From positions 5,833-69,832 of the forward strand of contig JAOAFX010000001.1 in assembly GCA_026416055.1 (NCBI GenBank): a DNA stretch of 64,000 nt, given 5' to 3'. Below the pieces are notes generated by a model. The model searched no databases and was not told the origin of the DNA. It was given only the letters and a program-made list of their open reading frames with translations. Each line of letters begins with the position of its first letter. Position 1 is the stretch's first letter. The stretch comes from a candidate division WOR-3 bacterium (GTDB lineage Bacteria; Hydrothermota; Tepidihabitantia; SM23-42; JAOAFX01). The translations under genes and the position numbers were made by a program. Below, in pieces: positions 53,975-62,593 of the stretch.

Positions 53975-54436
53975 ATGAACATCACGAAGATTTTTGCAAA
54001 AGTTAAAAATGCAATAGTCAGAGTGGAAACAGAGGGAGGCTTCGGAACTGGGATTGTAGTTGATAAAAGAGGGATTATTCTGACGAATCACCATGTGGTT
54101 GAACTGGAGAATATTGCTACTTTATATTTTTATAATGGTAAAATTGAAATCGGTAAAATCATCTATGCGAATCGTGCAAGAGATATCGCTTTTATCTATA
54201 TAAACCAACAGAATTTGTATGAAGCAAAATTGAGCTACTTACAAAAGACAAAAATTGGAGAAGAAATCATTGCTATTACAAATCCTGGTAGTAGTGGTGG
54301 TCCTATTATTAATCGAATGGGAGAAGTTGTGGGCATGACTTGTATGGGTTTTTCGGAAGGATTGAACTTAGCCATTCCGATCAGCGATATAAAGTCTTAT
54401 TTGTTAGATATCAAAAAAATGCTTCAACTGGTATAA
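53975..54436 (+). CDS. trypsin-like (S1/HtrA-type) serine protease domain; 5' part of a gene broken at an A7 run
   Basis: GTGIVVDKRGIILTNHHVV (His), ARDIAF (Asp), GSSGGPII (Ser). The frame ends 15 nt after the A7 run at 54413..54419. Confidence 0.6.
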   Translation: MNITKIFAKVKNAIVRVETEGGFGTGIVVDKRGIILTNHHVVELENIATLYFYNGKIEIGKIIYANRARDIAFIYINQQNLYEAKLSYLQKTKIGEEIIAITNPGSSGGPIINRMGEVVGMTCMGFSEGLNLAIPISDIKSYLLDIKKMLQLV

Positions 54437-54803
54437 GTCAGCCAAATACTGCCCAATTTGTGGAAATGCGAATAATAACCAAAATAAATTCTGTGAATAC
54501 TGTGGTTACAAGTTACCCTTGCAAACTGAACTGGGAGAAAAAATCAAAAAAAGGAAATCTCAAATTAAAGATAAATCAGTATGTAGAAATTGCCTGAAAA
54601 TCAATTCTAAAGAAAGCACAAAGTGCACCTTTTGCGGTGCACTTCTCCATTCTGTAAAAATGAGGAACACCAGGTGTGAACAAATACCAACCAAAAATAT
54701 CGTATGTCAAGTATGTAAAAAAAGGAATCGTATGATTGACCACTATTGCAAAAATTGTGGTGCAGTTTTGTTTAACATAAGGAGGGGGCATAATGAATCT
54801 TAG
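54408..54803 (+). pseudogene. triple zinc-ribbon (DZR-like) domain ORF with no start codon; the +1-frame continuation of the protease gene
   Basis: The frame is open from 54408 and reads ..KYCPICGNANNNQNKFCEYCG..VCRNCLKINSKESTKCTFCG..VCQVCKKRNRMIDHYCKNCG. There is no ATG/GTG/TTG before the first ribbon. The track only reports 54519..54803. Confidence 0.5.
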
Positions 54804-55525
54804 AAGAATTAAAAATATAAAATATTATATAAAAAAACTTGAAAATCGAGAAGAAAGGGTAGAAACATTTGTGCAACTGGCAAAAACCGGCTCTTCTGAG
54901 GTAATAAAACCTCTTATAGAAACACTTAATAAAATGAGTTTGAGAGAGGCTTTATCTGTTGCTGAGTATTTTGCTAACTTCGGTTAAAAAAATAATTCCT
55001 TATCTACTTGCCCTGATAAAACTAACACAAAAATTTGCTGTTTATACATCTGCCATTAGGGCATTGGGTATTACAATGAGTGAAGAGGGCTACAGATTTT
55101 TATTTCCATTAATAATTAAGAAAGAAAAATGGATTCTTGACAATGATATTGTCCGTCAGTAAATAATTGATGCGATTGTTCGATGTGGCAGCAAACATTT
55201 AAAAGAATTAATGGAAATGTTAGAAAGTTCTGCTTGGAGAGTAAGAATCGGTGGTGTGTATGTCTGTGGTAAGATTGCCGCAAATATTAAAGACAATAAG
55301 GCACTGATTTCTCAGTTAAAAAATAAACTGCGGAGCATTGCAAAGAATGATCGTAGTGGTAAAGTTAAAAGATTAGCGAGAATGGCACTTGGCTGGATTA
55401 TTGGAGAAGAAGAGATAGTTGATAGTTATGAACACGCAATGAATATAATTGGACGCGAAATACACGGTGAAATTAGAGAAAAAGATTTATATTCAAAATA
55501 CAGGGAAGTCTTAAAGCAATTTTAA
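54793..55525 (+). pseudogene. HEAT/PBS-lyase-like repeat protein broken into three ORFs
   Basis: SD GGAGGGGG precedes ATG 54793. The frame changes at TAA 54985..54987 (FANFG* followed by KKIIPYLLALIK in the +1 frame). An in-frame TAA at 55160..55162 separates ..DIVRQ from IIDAIVRCGSKHLKELMEML... Confidence 0.5.
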
Positions 55526-55922
55526 TGAATTAGGCTATTCTCAGTTACCGGAGAGAAGTGAAAATAATTGCTGGGTAATAGATAATCTACCTTACAACTA
55601 TAAAATTGGTGTATTAATAAATGAAGATAGTGAGACTGGTGAGGGTTATTTAAACATTTACACCTTTATTTGTAAATTACCGGAGAAAAATATTCTTGCT
55701 TTTTATCGTAAGTTACTTGAATGGAATGAATACATTTTTACAGGCACGTCAAAACTTTTTGTTGTTGATAATCGTGTTTTTATTATAGAAGTTCGGAAAC
55801 TTGAATCGCTTAATGTTGAAGAAACTGTCGAGGCAATAAAAAGATTGGCAGAAAGAGCCGGTACATTTCGTGATAATTTGATTGATGAATTCGGCGTCAG
55901 CGCAGTGAATAGAATAAATTAA
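55515..55922 (+). pseudogene. YbjN / T3SS-chaperone-like domain ORF with no canonical start codon
   Basis: 135 codons open (..ENNCWVIDNLPYNYKIGVLINEDSETGEGYLNIYTFICKLPEKNILAFYRKLLEWNEY...) with no in-frame ATG at all, so it is absent from the track. Confidence 0.4.
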
Positions 55923-56060
55923 TTAATTTTTGAACCGAATTGCATTTATGATCGAAGGATATAAGAAAGGGCAATATTTTATGATCATTCTGAATAAAGT
56001 AACAGATTATTTTCAAGACTGACCATAGTGATGAGAAGATTTGCTAATAAAGTTGCCAAA

Positions 56061-57017
56061 TCATTTGTTTTTCGTCAGAATCCGATTATAAAACCATAAC
56101 AGAAGTATCAATATTCCTGCAGTCACTAGTATAAAATATCCCAGGGGAACGAAGTGGGTTCCGTTGATATTGAACCAGTACAGGTCAAACGAAAAAAATG
56201 CCACAACTATCTGAATAAAAGAAAGAACAATTATCATTAAATAAAGGGCATGGGGATTGCGATATTTATTCCTTCCGATGAAAAACATCAGAAATGCTGA
56301 TAAAAGTAGAATAAACTGCGGTATAACACTCAAATATATAAAGACAATTTTATCATTCCATTGGTCAGGATTGCCTGTAGCATCAAAGTGGGTTGCGATT
56401 CTATCCGGAAGTCTGGGATATAAGAGAATTACCATGATTAAGGTGATGGCAAAAATAGTATCCGGTATTAACAAAATCAAGGGATTTGCTCGTTTCGTAG
56501 AATGTTCTGGTTTTGAGATTTCTTTATGGGATGCTGGAGCAAGTGATTGAAAAAATTCCAGCATGCGTTCGGGATTCTCTGGTGATATCGCATAATATCC
56601 TTTCTTGGACTTTATGATTACTACATCTTTCATACTCGTCAACTGGCAATTGATATTTCCATATTCTCTGGTTTCAAACATTCCGTAATAACCAAATAAC
56701 CCTCCATTACCCATAGAGCGGAGCGGTTTCAATTTCATAAAATTTTGTACATAATCAACCCTTTCTATCTCATTCACCGGAATTATTATTTTATTACCGA
56801 TAACTTTTTCAATAATTAAGTTACCACCCTGGAAGTAGTAATTCTTAGGGCTCAATCCATAACTGGCAGCGATGATAAAAATCAAAAGGAGTGCAAAGAG
56901 CCAGTTAAATGGGATATCTTTTAATAAGAAAAATATGGCTAAAGCAGATAAACCGACACTTGTAGTTATTGAGGTAACTAATGCAAAAGTATCGAGTTTA
57001 CGAGGTTTGAATTCCAT
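56061..57017 (-). CDS. membrane protein: bacterial PH-like N-domain plus DUF1648/SdpI-like C-domain
   Basis: TM pairs flank a soluble segment. The C-half reads RLPDRIATHFDATGNPDQWNDK, followed by 3 TM helices. Confidence 0.45.
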   Translation of the reverse strand: MEFKPRKLDTFALVTSITTSVGLSALAIFFLLKDIPFNWLFALLLIFIIAASYGLSPKNYYFQGGNLIIEKVIGNKIIIPVNEIERVDYVQNFMKLKPLRSMGNGGLFGYYGMFETREYGNINCQLTSMKDVVIIKSKKGYYAISPENPERMLEFFQSLAPASHKEISKPEHSTKRANPLILLIPDTIFAITLIMVILLYPRLPDRIATHFDATGNPDQWNDKIVFIYLSVIPQFILLLSAFLMFFIGRNKYRNPHALYLMIIVLSFIQIVVAFFSFDLYWFNINGTHFVPLGYFILVTAGILILLLWFYNRILTKNK

Positions 57018-57019
57018 GT

Positions 57020-58249
57020 CTATTCAAGATCGACCATAAATCTCTTTTCGGCATTTTCCAGTGCCTGGTCAGGTGTCCGCTCTAAACGCATTGCCTCTTC
57101 CAGTGCTTCGTTCAGGTATATTCGACCGGTGAACCATTCCTTTGTCCTGGGCTCGGTTCTTGCATAATCAAGCTGGGCAATGACTTTACTATAGTCAGGA
57201 TTTTCAGAAAGGAATTTCTTAAATTCTGGCAATTCTGTTGCACTACGGCGCGTGGGAAGATAGTAACTATAAATCGTCCAGCGCACCTGCTGTTCAGGTT
57301 CTAAAAACCAGCGAATAAACTTCCAGGCAAGCTGCTTTTGCTCCAGAGTTGCTCTTTTGAACATTCCAACATTCGTCCCGGCAATCACAATACTTTTCTT
57401 TTTTCCCATTGGGAAGGGTGCTACTCTCATATTGAATTTGTGGCGGCCTTTTAAGAATGCCCAGGAAACGATTGAGGCGGGTATGGTTGCAACATTCCTG
57501 CTCAAAAATTCATCCTGGCGCTGAAATCCTGGATTGAGATAAAATAAACTATCTTTTATCAAATTCACAAGATATTCCAGAACCTTTTTTCCTGCTTCGG
57601 AATTGAAAAGAGGACGTTTTGTTTGCTCGTCAAACAATTCTCCGCCTTCCTGATACAACATTGAGCTGAAATACCAAACATCTATCGGCCAGGAAGTAGG
57701 CCAGATATTATAATTCTTTAATCGTTCGCAGACCCTGCGGAATTCATCCCAGTCTTTCGGAAATTCTGCAATCCCTGCCGAATCGAATAACGTTGCATTG
57801 TAATAGAATACAGGAAGGCTTTTATTGAATGGAAGTGTGACAATGATAGAGTCAAATGTATTATCTTCAATAAACACCGGATAAAAATCGGCAATATTGA
57901 ATAAAGAATCAGAATTGATGAAATTCTGGAGAGGTTCCAAACATCCAGCTTTCAGAAACTGGTCAGTCCATGACTCATACATCTGGGAAATGGTCGGTGG
58001 TGTGTTAGAGGCAATAGCACCCATCAATTTCTGTGCCAGGGCATCGTATGAACCCATCTGGACTGATTTTATCACACCCTCGGGATGCTGTTGATTGAAC
58101 TCTTGTATCATCTGTTCAAGCCTTTTACCGATCGGCCCTCCCATCACATGCCAGAAATAAACCGTGCATTTTTTCTCCTGGGTACACAAGACTGTACCAA
58201 GAATGATAAAACAGAAAAAAATTTTTTTAATCTGTGTTTTTATCACCAT
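57020..58249 (-). CDS. ABC-transporter family-1 (sugar-type) extracellular solute-binding protein; no permease adjacent
   Basis: Signal peptide and overall SBP_bac_1-like composition, 409 aa. 7-nt overlap with the upstream 930-aa gene. Confidence 0.55.
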   Translation of the reverse strand: MVIKTQIKKIFFCFIILGTVLCTQEKKCTVYFWHVMGGPIGKRLEQMIQEFNQQHPEGVIKSVQMGSYDALAQKLMGAIASNTPPTISQMYESWTDQFLKAGCLEPLQNFINSDSLFNIADFYPVFIEDNTFDSIIVTLPFNKSLPVFYYNATLFDSAGIAEFPKDWDEFRRVCERLKNYNIWPTSWPIDVWYFSSMLYQEGGELFDEQTKRPLFNSEAGKKVLEYLVNLIKDSLFYLNPGFQRQDEFLSRNVATIPASIVSWAFLKGRHKFNMRVAPFPMGKKKSIVIAGTNVGMFKRATLEQKQLAWKFIRWFLEPEQQVRWTIYSYYLPTRRSATELPEFKKFLSENPDYSKVIAQLDYARTEPRTKEWFTGRIYLNEALEEAMRLERTPDQALENAEKRFMVDLE

Positions 58250-61035
58250 TCAGGACCGATTGTGAAATATACTTTCCATTTTGATGGCATATTATTTTCA
58301 TCAATCCAGTCCTGAAGGTTATTGGCACGGGCAAAATCGAGTTTGAATATGGCAAAAAATAGGGTAAATCTAAGTCCAAATCCCACACCCATTTTTACAT
58401 CCTTCAGGCGAAAAGGTAATAAACCTTCAGCCGGCTCAAATACTTTAAATGAATCGGTATAGACACCGGCAAAATCTGCAAACAAAACACCCCTTATATT
58501 TTTAATCTCCACCGGTAAAGGAAAGGCAAGTCTTAACCTATCAATGAAAGGGAAGCGGTATTCAAAATTTAGAAAACCTAAATCTCCACCAGTGAAGGTG
58601 TAGGGATCAAAGCCACGAATTGATCCTGGACCGCCGATTGACCAGCGTTCTTCATCCCTGCCAAAATTCCCGGCGAGAACGAGCCTTGAAGCAAAACTCG
58701 CCCTCGGTGAAAGTCGAAAATAACGCCGGCAATCCAGAATTCCAACTTTTACATCAAAATCACTCATTATCGTGGTATAGCAGGTTATCCGTGCCCGCCT
58801 GCCATTGACTGGACCTGTATCACCCCATTTGGCATTATCAAAAATAAACGAGAGCTCGGGATATGAAAAATCATAGGAATTTTCTGTGTAGAAATCAGAA
58901 TAATAATCATCAAAGAAATTGAACCATCTTGTTTCATAGACTTTGTATTTATAGAATCCAAGTTCTGAACGGAAAAATTTTGTGAATGGGTACTGGAAAA
59001 TACCACCAGCACCAAGATAACGCCAGATAACAAGATCGTTCCGTTCCGCAAAGTAATTTAGATATTGGTAGAAGGCGAAGCCAAAATCAGTTCGTTTCTT
59101 TAAGTACCAGTATACAAAAAATATATCTGAGGAGCTCAAACTTCCGTAAAAATCTGTGCTGAACTGGATGAGATGATCTCCAAGGATGTCGCTTATTGCG
59201 ATTTGGGTTGCTCCAGAAAAGCCAAGTGGTGTGTAGTATGATGCACTCGCAACGATATAATCAAGGGTGAATTTCAAACGATAATTTCTAACTTTTGCCT
59301 GGTCAATCTCACCACCCGCATAGGAGTTTTCAGCAGTTATAGATTCAACTGAATCACAATCGACCATTTTTTTAAGCGGTTCCTTCACAACACAGATGTC
59401 ATAGCCGCGGTCATTATAATAACAAAAAGCAATCTTCTCGTAATCACGGGAGATAGAAGGATAATGAATGCTGGTAAGAACATCAGTCCTTTTAACTACC
59501 CGATTTTTATTGAGTGAGTAATAGTAAAGATTATAGGCAGAGTCATAGTCAGCAACGAAGAAAATGCCGGTATCGGCATTAAAAAATGGTGATGCCAAAT
59601 ATGTCGTCCGGGGAGTAAGCCTTGTAATATTGTCACCATCTTTCAGAAATAATGCATAGTTTCCATAATTATAAGTTTCTAATGAATCAGGACGGTCTGA
59701 GACAAAAACAATTTTTCCATCAGGGGAGAACGAAGGGAATTTGTCAGAGTAAATATCATTGGTAAACCTTTGTATCTCACCGGTTGCGATTTCAATCTGA
59801 TAGATATCAAGTGCAGAATCCTTTAGACCACTGAATATTATTTTCTTTCCATCTGGAGAGAATTGGGGTGAATATAAACCATTGAGTTTTAATTTAAATT
59901 TTTTATAAACCCGACCATTGCGTGAGTTTATCACATAAAGGACATCTTCTCCCTGAGACTTGGCGGCAAAAGTCAAATATTTCTCATCCGGAGACCAGCT
60001 TATGCCACCCTGGTAAAGATGGAGACCTTCATAACCTGAAGAATATTCAGCACGGATGAGCCTTTTTAGTATTCTACCATCTATACTGGAGATTACTATC
60101 AAATCTACATTCCCCTCATGGTCGCTGATAAAGGCAATCTTGTCTCCATTCGGTGATATCGCAGAAGAAGTATTATAAAATGAGCCAGTTTTTTTATGGT
60201 CATAAACCACGCGCGCGAAATTTTCAAAATTTTCAGAGAGTCTTACTTCAGGCCAGTATTTAAGTTGATAGAATTTAATCCATCTTTTATTGAATTCCTC
60301 AACACCTATCCCGAAGGTAGCAATAAAGGTATTTTCCAGATTCTTTTTTGCCTTTAAAAGATGAATAAATTCACTGATCTTCTCCCGCCCATACTTTTTA
60401 TTTATATAGTTGAAAAACGCCTGCCCTTCTTTATAGATTATATATCCTTCATAATTACCCAGCTCTGATAAAGAGATCACACGGTTATTCATAATGAGGT
60501 CGCGCATGTAGATATCGGCCTCAAGATTCCATCCCTGAGAGAAAAATTCTGCACATCCTTCCATCACCCATAGTGGTATTGAATACAAAAGATCACCTGT
60601 GAGTATTGCCTCCAGTTTAGAAGGGAAGAAAATTACAAACTCAAATACATGGGTCAGTTCATGGACCAGCACATGGCGGAAATCTTCGTAATCACCATTG
60701 AATGGTATTACCATCCGATTTTTGAGAATTTCAGTAAACCCACCCACGGACTCTTCAATCAATTCAAGGGTAACATTGGTCTGAGAAAAATGATTTGGTG
60801 AATTGTAAAGAATCACCGGGATGCGGAAGTCAATCTCAATCCCGAAGTCCTTGCTCAGTTGTTCATATCCATCTTCCAGAACATCCTGGGCAAAATGGGC
60901 GAGGGTTTCGCCGCCTTCGTAAAAATATATTTCAAAATGCTCGGTCGATAAAATCTTAAAATTAAAGTCCCGATATTGAATTTTATTCTGTCCAAAATAT
61001 TCAGTAGCAATGATTAATATAAATAAGCCTGTCAT
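58243..61035 (-). CDS. tri-modular outer-membrane protein: MA-clan HExxH peptidase-like N-domain, TolB/PD40 beta-propeller, Omp85/surface-antigen beta-barrel
   Basis: VLVHELTHVFEF (HExxH). Repeated SPDGKKIIFSG / SPDGKIVFVSDR PD40 motifs. C-terminal ...GPGSIRGFD...FNFEYRFP...KWKVYFTIGPEW beta-barrel. Confidence 0.6.
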   Translation of the reverse strand: MTGLFILIIATEYFGQNKIQYRDFNFKILSTEHFEIYFYEGGETLAHFAQDVLEDGYEQLSKDFGIEIDFRIPVILYNSPNHFSQTNVTLELIEESVGGFTEILKNRMVIPFNGDYEDFRHVLVHELTHVFEFVIFFPSKLEAILTGDLLYSIPLWVMEGCAEFFSQGWNLEADIYMRDLIMNNRVISLSELGNYEGYIIYKEGQAFFNYINKKYGREKISEFIHLLKAKKNLENTFIATFGIGVEEFNKRWIKFYQLKYWPEVRLSENFENFARVVYDHKKTGSFYNTSSAISPNGDKIAFISDHEGNVDLIVISSIDGRILKRLIRAEYSSGYEGLHLYQGGISWSPDEKYLTFAAKSQGEDVLYVINSRNGRVYKKFKLKLNGLYSPQFSPDGKKIIFSGLKDSALDIYQIEIATGEIQRFTNDIYSDKFPSFSPDGKIVFVSDRPDSLETYNYGNYALFLKDGDNITRLTPRTTYLASPFFNADTGIFFVADYDSAYNLYYYSLNKNRVVKRTDVLTSIHYPSISRDYEKIAFCYYNDRGYDICVVKEPLKKMVDCDSVESITAENSYAGGEIDQAKVRNYRLKFTLDYIVASASYYTPLGFSGATQIAISDILGDHLIQFSTDFYGSLSSSDIFFVYWYLKKRTDFGFAFYQYLNYFAERNDLVIWRYLGAGGIFQYPFTKFFRSELGFYKYKVYETRWFNFFDDYYSDFYTENSYDFSYPELSFIFDNAKWGDTGPVNGRRARITCYTTIMSDFDVKVGILDCRRYFRLSPRASFASRLVLAGNFGRDEERWSIGGPGSIRGFDPYTFTGGDLGFLNFEYRFPFIDRLRLAFPLPVEIKNIRGVLFADFAGVYTDSFKVFEPAEGLLPFRLKDVKMGVGFGLRFTLFFAIFKLDFARANNLQDWIDENNMPSKWKVYFTIGPEW

Positions 61036-61044
61036 TCAATTTTT

Positions 61045-61072
61045 ATTATATTTAAATATTTCTTACCGTCAA
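61045..61072 (-). promoter_or_regulatory. promoter TTGACG-N16-TATAAT; leaderless 930-aa gene
   Basis: -10 at 61050..61045. Predicted TSS ~61038, with ATG at 61035. Confidence 0.5.
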
Positions 61073-61121
61073 GTGCGAGCAAGGAATATTACCCAAACTC
61101 AATTTGGTAGTGTTTAACATT

Positions 61122-61149
61122 TTGACATTCCAATCCTTCTGGCTATAAT
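61122..61149 (+). promoter_or_regulatory. promoter TTGACA-N16-TATAAT for the CaCA gene
   Basis: Perfect hexamers. The -10 ends 2 nt before the track's GTG 61152, so the true start must be GTG 61155 or TTG 61164, or the mRNA is leaderless. Confidence 0.5.
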
Positions 61150-61151
61150 CC

Positions 61152-61661
61152 GTGGTGATTACCTTGATCTTCGGTTTCACTCTCTGTACAGCTGTAATTT
61201 TTCTTGCCGGTGTCAGGCTTTCCTTCTACGGTGATGTAATCGCAGAAAAGACAAAACTTGGTAGAACCTGGATTGGTCTTATCCTTGTTGCCTCAGTCAC
61301 CTCTCTTCCTGAAGTGATAAATTCAGTCAGTGCAGTAGTATATGTCGACGCCCCTGATCTTGCGGCAGGGGATTTAATCGGCAGCTGTGCGTTCAACTTG
61401 TCAATAATCGTGTTTCTCGATCTGTTCTATCGGGAGAAATCAATAGCAACTTTTTTCCATCCCGGGCATATAATCTCAGGGAGTTTCGGGATTCTGCAAC
61501 TCTCTTTATTCCTGCTTGCAATTTTCCTGGGGAAAAACATGTCTCAATTTGGCTGGATAGGATTGAACAGTATATTCTCTGTTATTGTTTATTTCTGGGC
61601 AATGAACTTGAATTATCGATATGAAAAAAAAAGTAATTGCTTCAGCCCAACAATGTGGTAA
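61152..61661 (+). CDS. Ca2+/Na+ antiporter (CaCA, YrbG-like), N-terminal half with the alpha-1 repeat
   Basis: GLILVASVTSLPEVINSV (GxSxPE alpha-repeat), 5 TM helices. The frame breaks at the A9 run 61624..61632. Confidence 0.6.
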   Translation: MVITLIFGFTLCTAVIFLAGVRLSFYGDVIAEKTKLGRTWIGLILVASVTSLPEVINSVSAVVYVDAPDLAAGDLIGSCAFNLSIIVFLDLFYREKSIATFFHPGHIISGSFGILQLSLFLLAIFLGKNMSQFGWIGLNSIFSVIVYFWAMNLNYRYEKKSNCFSPTMW

Positions 61662-62151
61662 TGAACTTTATGCTGAAATAACTCTGAAGAAATCAGTCGG
61701 ATTATTTATTTTAAACGCAATCTTGGTCGTGGTTGCCGCAATTTTCCTTCCCAAGATCGGCGAAGGAATTGCGGAAATCACCGGCCTCGGTCAGACTTTC
61801 GTCGGAAATATCCTGATCGCCTTTTCAACATCATTACCGGAGACCGTCGTTTGTTTTGGAGCACTGAAATGTAAGGCGGTGGATTTAGCAATCGGTAATA
61901 TCACGGGAAGCACAATTTTTAATATCACAATCCTCGGTATTATCGATTTCATTTATTCAAAAGCTCCGTTACTTTCTTCGATATCACCCAATCACTCAAT
62001 ACCTGCACTTTCAGCAATAATCATGACCACGATAGTAATAATCAGTACCGGTCATCAGGGAGAAAGAAAAAAATGTTTCTTTTCTTCAGGTATACTACTA
62101 CTGTCAGTATATTTAATGAATGTTCTTTTATTATACCTGCTTAAAAAGTAG
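61621..62151 (+). CDS. CaCA antiporter, C-terminal half with the alpha-2 repeat
   Basis: GNILIAFSTSLPETVVCF, 5 TM helices. In the +1 frame relative to the N-half. No SD precedes ATG 61621. Confidence 0.6.
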   Translation: MKKKVIASAQQCGNELYAEITLKKSVGLFILNAILVVVAAIFLPKIGEGIAEITGLGQTFVGNILIAFSTSLPETVVCFGALKCKAVDLAIGNITGSTIFNITILGIIDFIYSKAPLLSSISPNHSIPALSAIIMTTIVIISTGHQGERKKCFFSSGILLLSVYLMNVLLLYLLKK

Positions 62152-62227
62152 CATCTGCCAGGGTATTCCTTACTTTCTACATAGAATTTAAAAGAATATA
62201 AAAATAAAAAAGTTTAGAGTTTGCCGC

Positions 62228-62255
62228 TTGACAAAAAAATATATCAGGCTATAAT
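62228..62255 (+). promoter_or_regulatory. promoter TTGACA-N16-TATAAT
   Basis: Perfect hexamers at 62228..62233 and 62250..62255. SD AGGGGG precedes ATG 62286. Confidence 0.55.
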
Positions 62256-62285
62256 TTATTAATTTTACCGACAAAAGGGGGCTTT

Positions 62286-62519
62286 ATGGCACTGTGGGCA
62301 ATGGTTGTTTTCTTACTGGGCGTGCTGGCCTTGTTATTCAATCTTTTTAACATTTTTGAATGGTTTACACCATTCTGGGCGGTCATATTAATGGCAATTG
62401 CCTTTGCCATGCTCACGCGCATTGCCCAGAAAGAAAAAGAGGCAGAAAAAGAAAAACTGGTAGAAAAAATAATGGAACTTGAGGCAAAATTGAGCAAATA
62501 TGAGGGTAAGAAAACATAG
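62286..62519 (+). CDS. small membrane protein with a C-terminal charged coiled-coil tail
   Basis: Two TM helices followed by KEKEAEKEKLVEKIMELEAKLSKYEGKK. Confidence 0.5.
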   Translation: MALWAMVVFLLGVLALLFNLFNIFEWFTPFWAVILMAIAFAMLTRIAQKEKEAEKEKLVEKIMELEAKLSKYEGKKT

Positions 62520-62593
62520 GGGGTTTGACACCGGCATTATTTTAGATACACATTTTTTTAACCCACCTGGGAAATTCCTGTTAAAAAAGTAAG

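Noticed and set aside
54340-54597. 85-aa ORF overlapping the protease/zinc-ribbon junction
   Set aside because: It is in a third frame across the junction and has no motifs. The zinc-ribbon frame (open from 54408) explains the region better.
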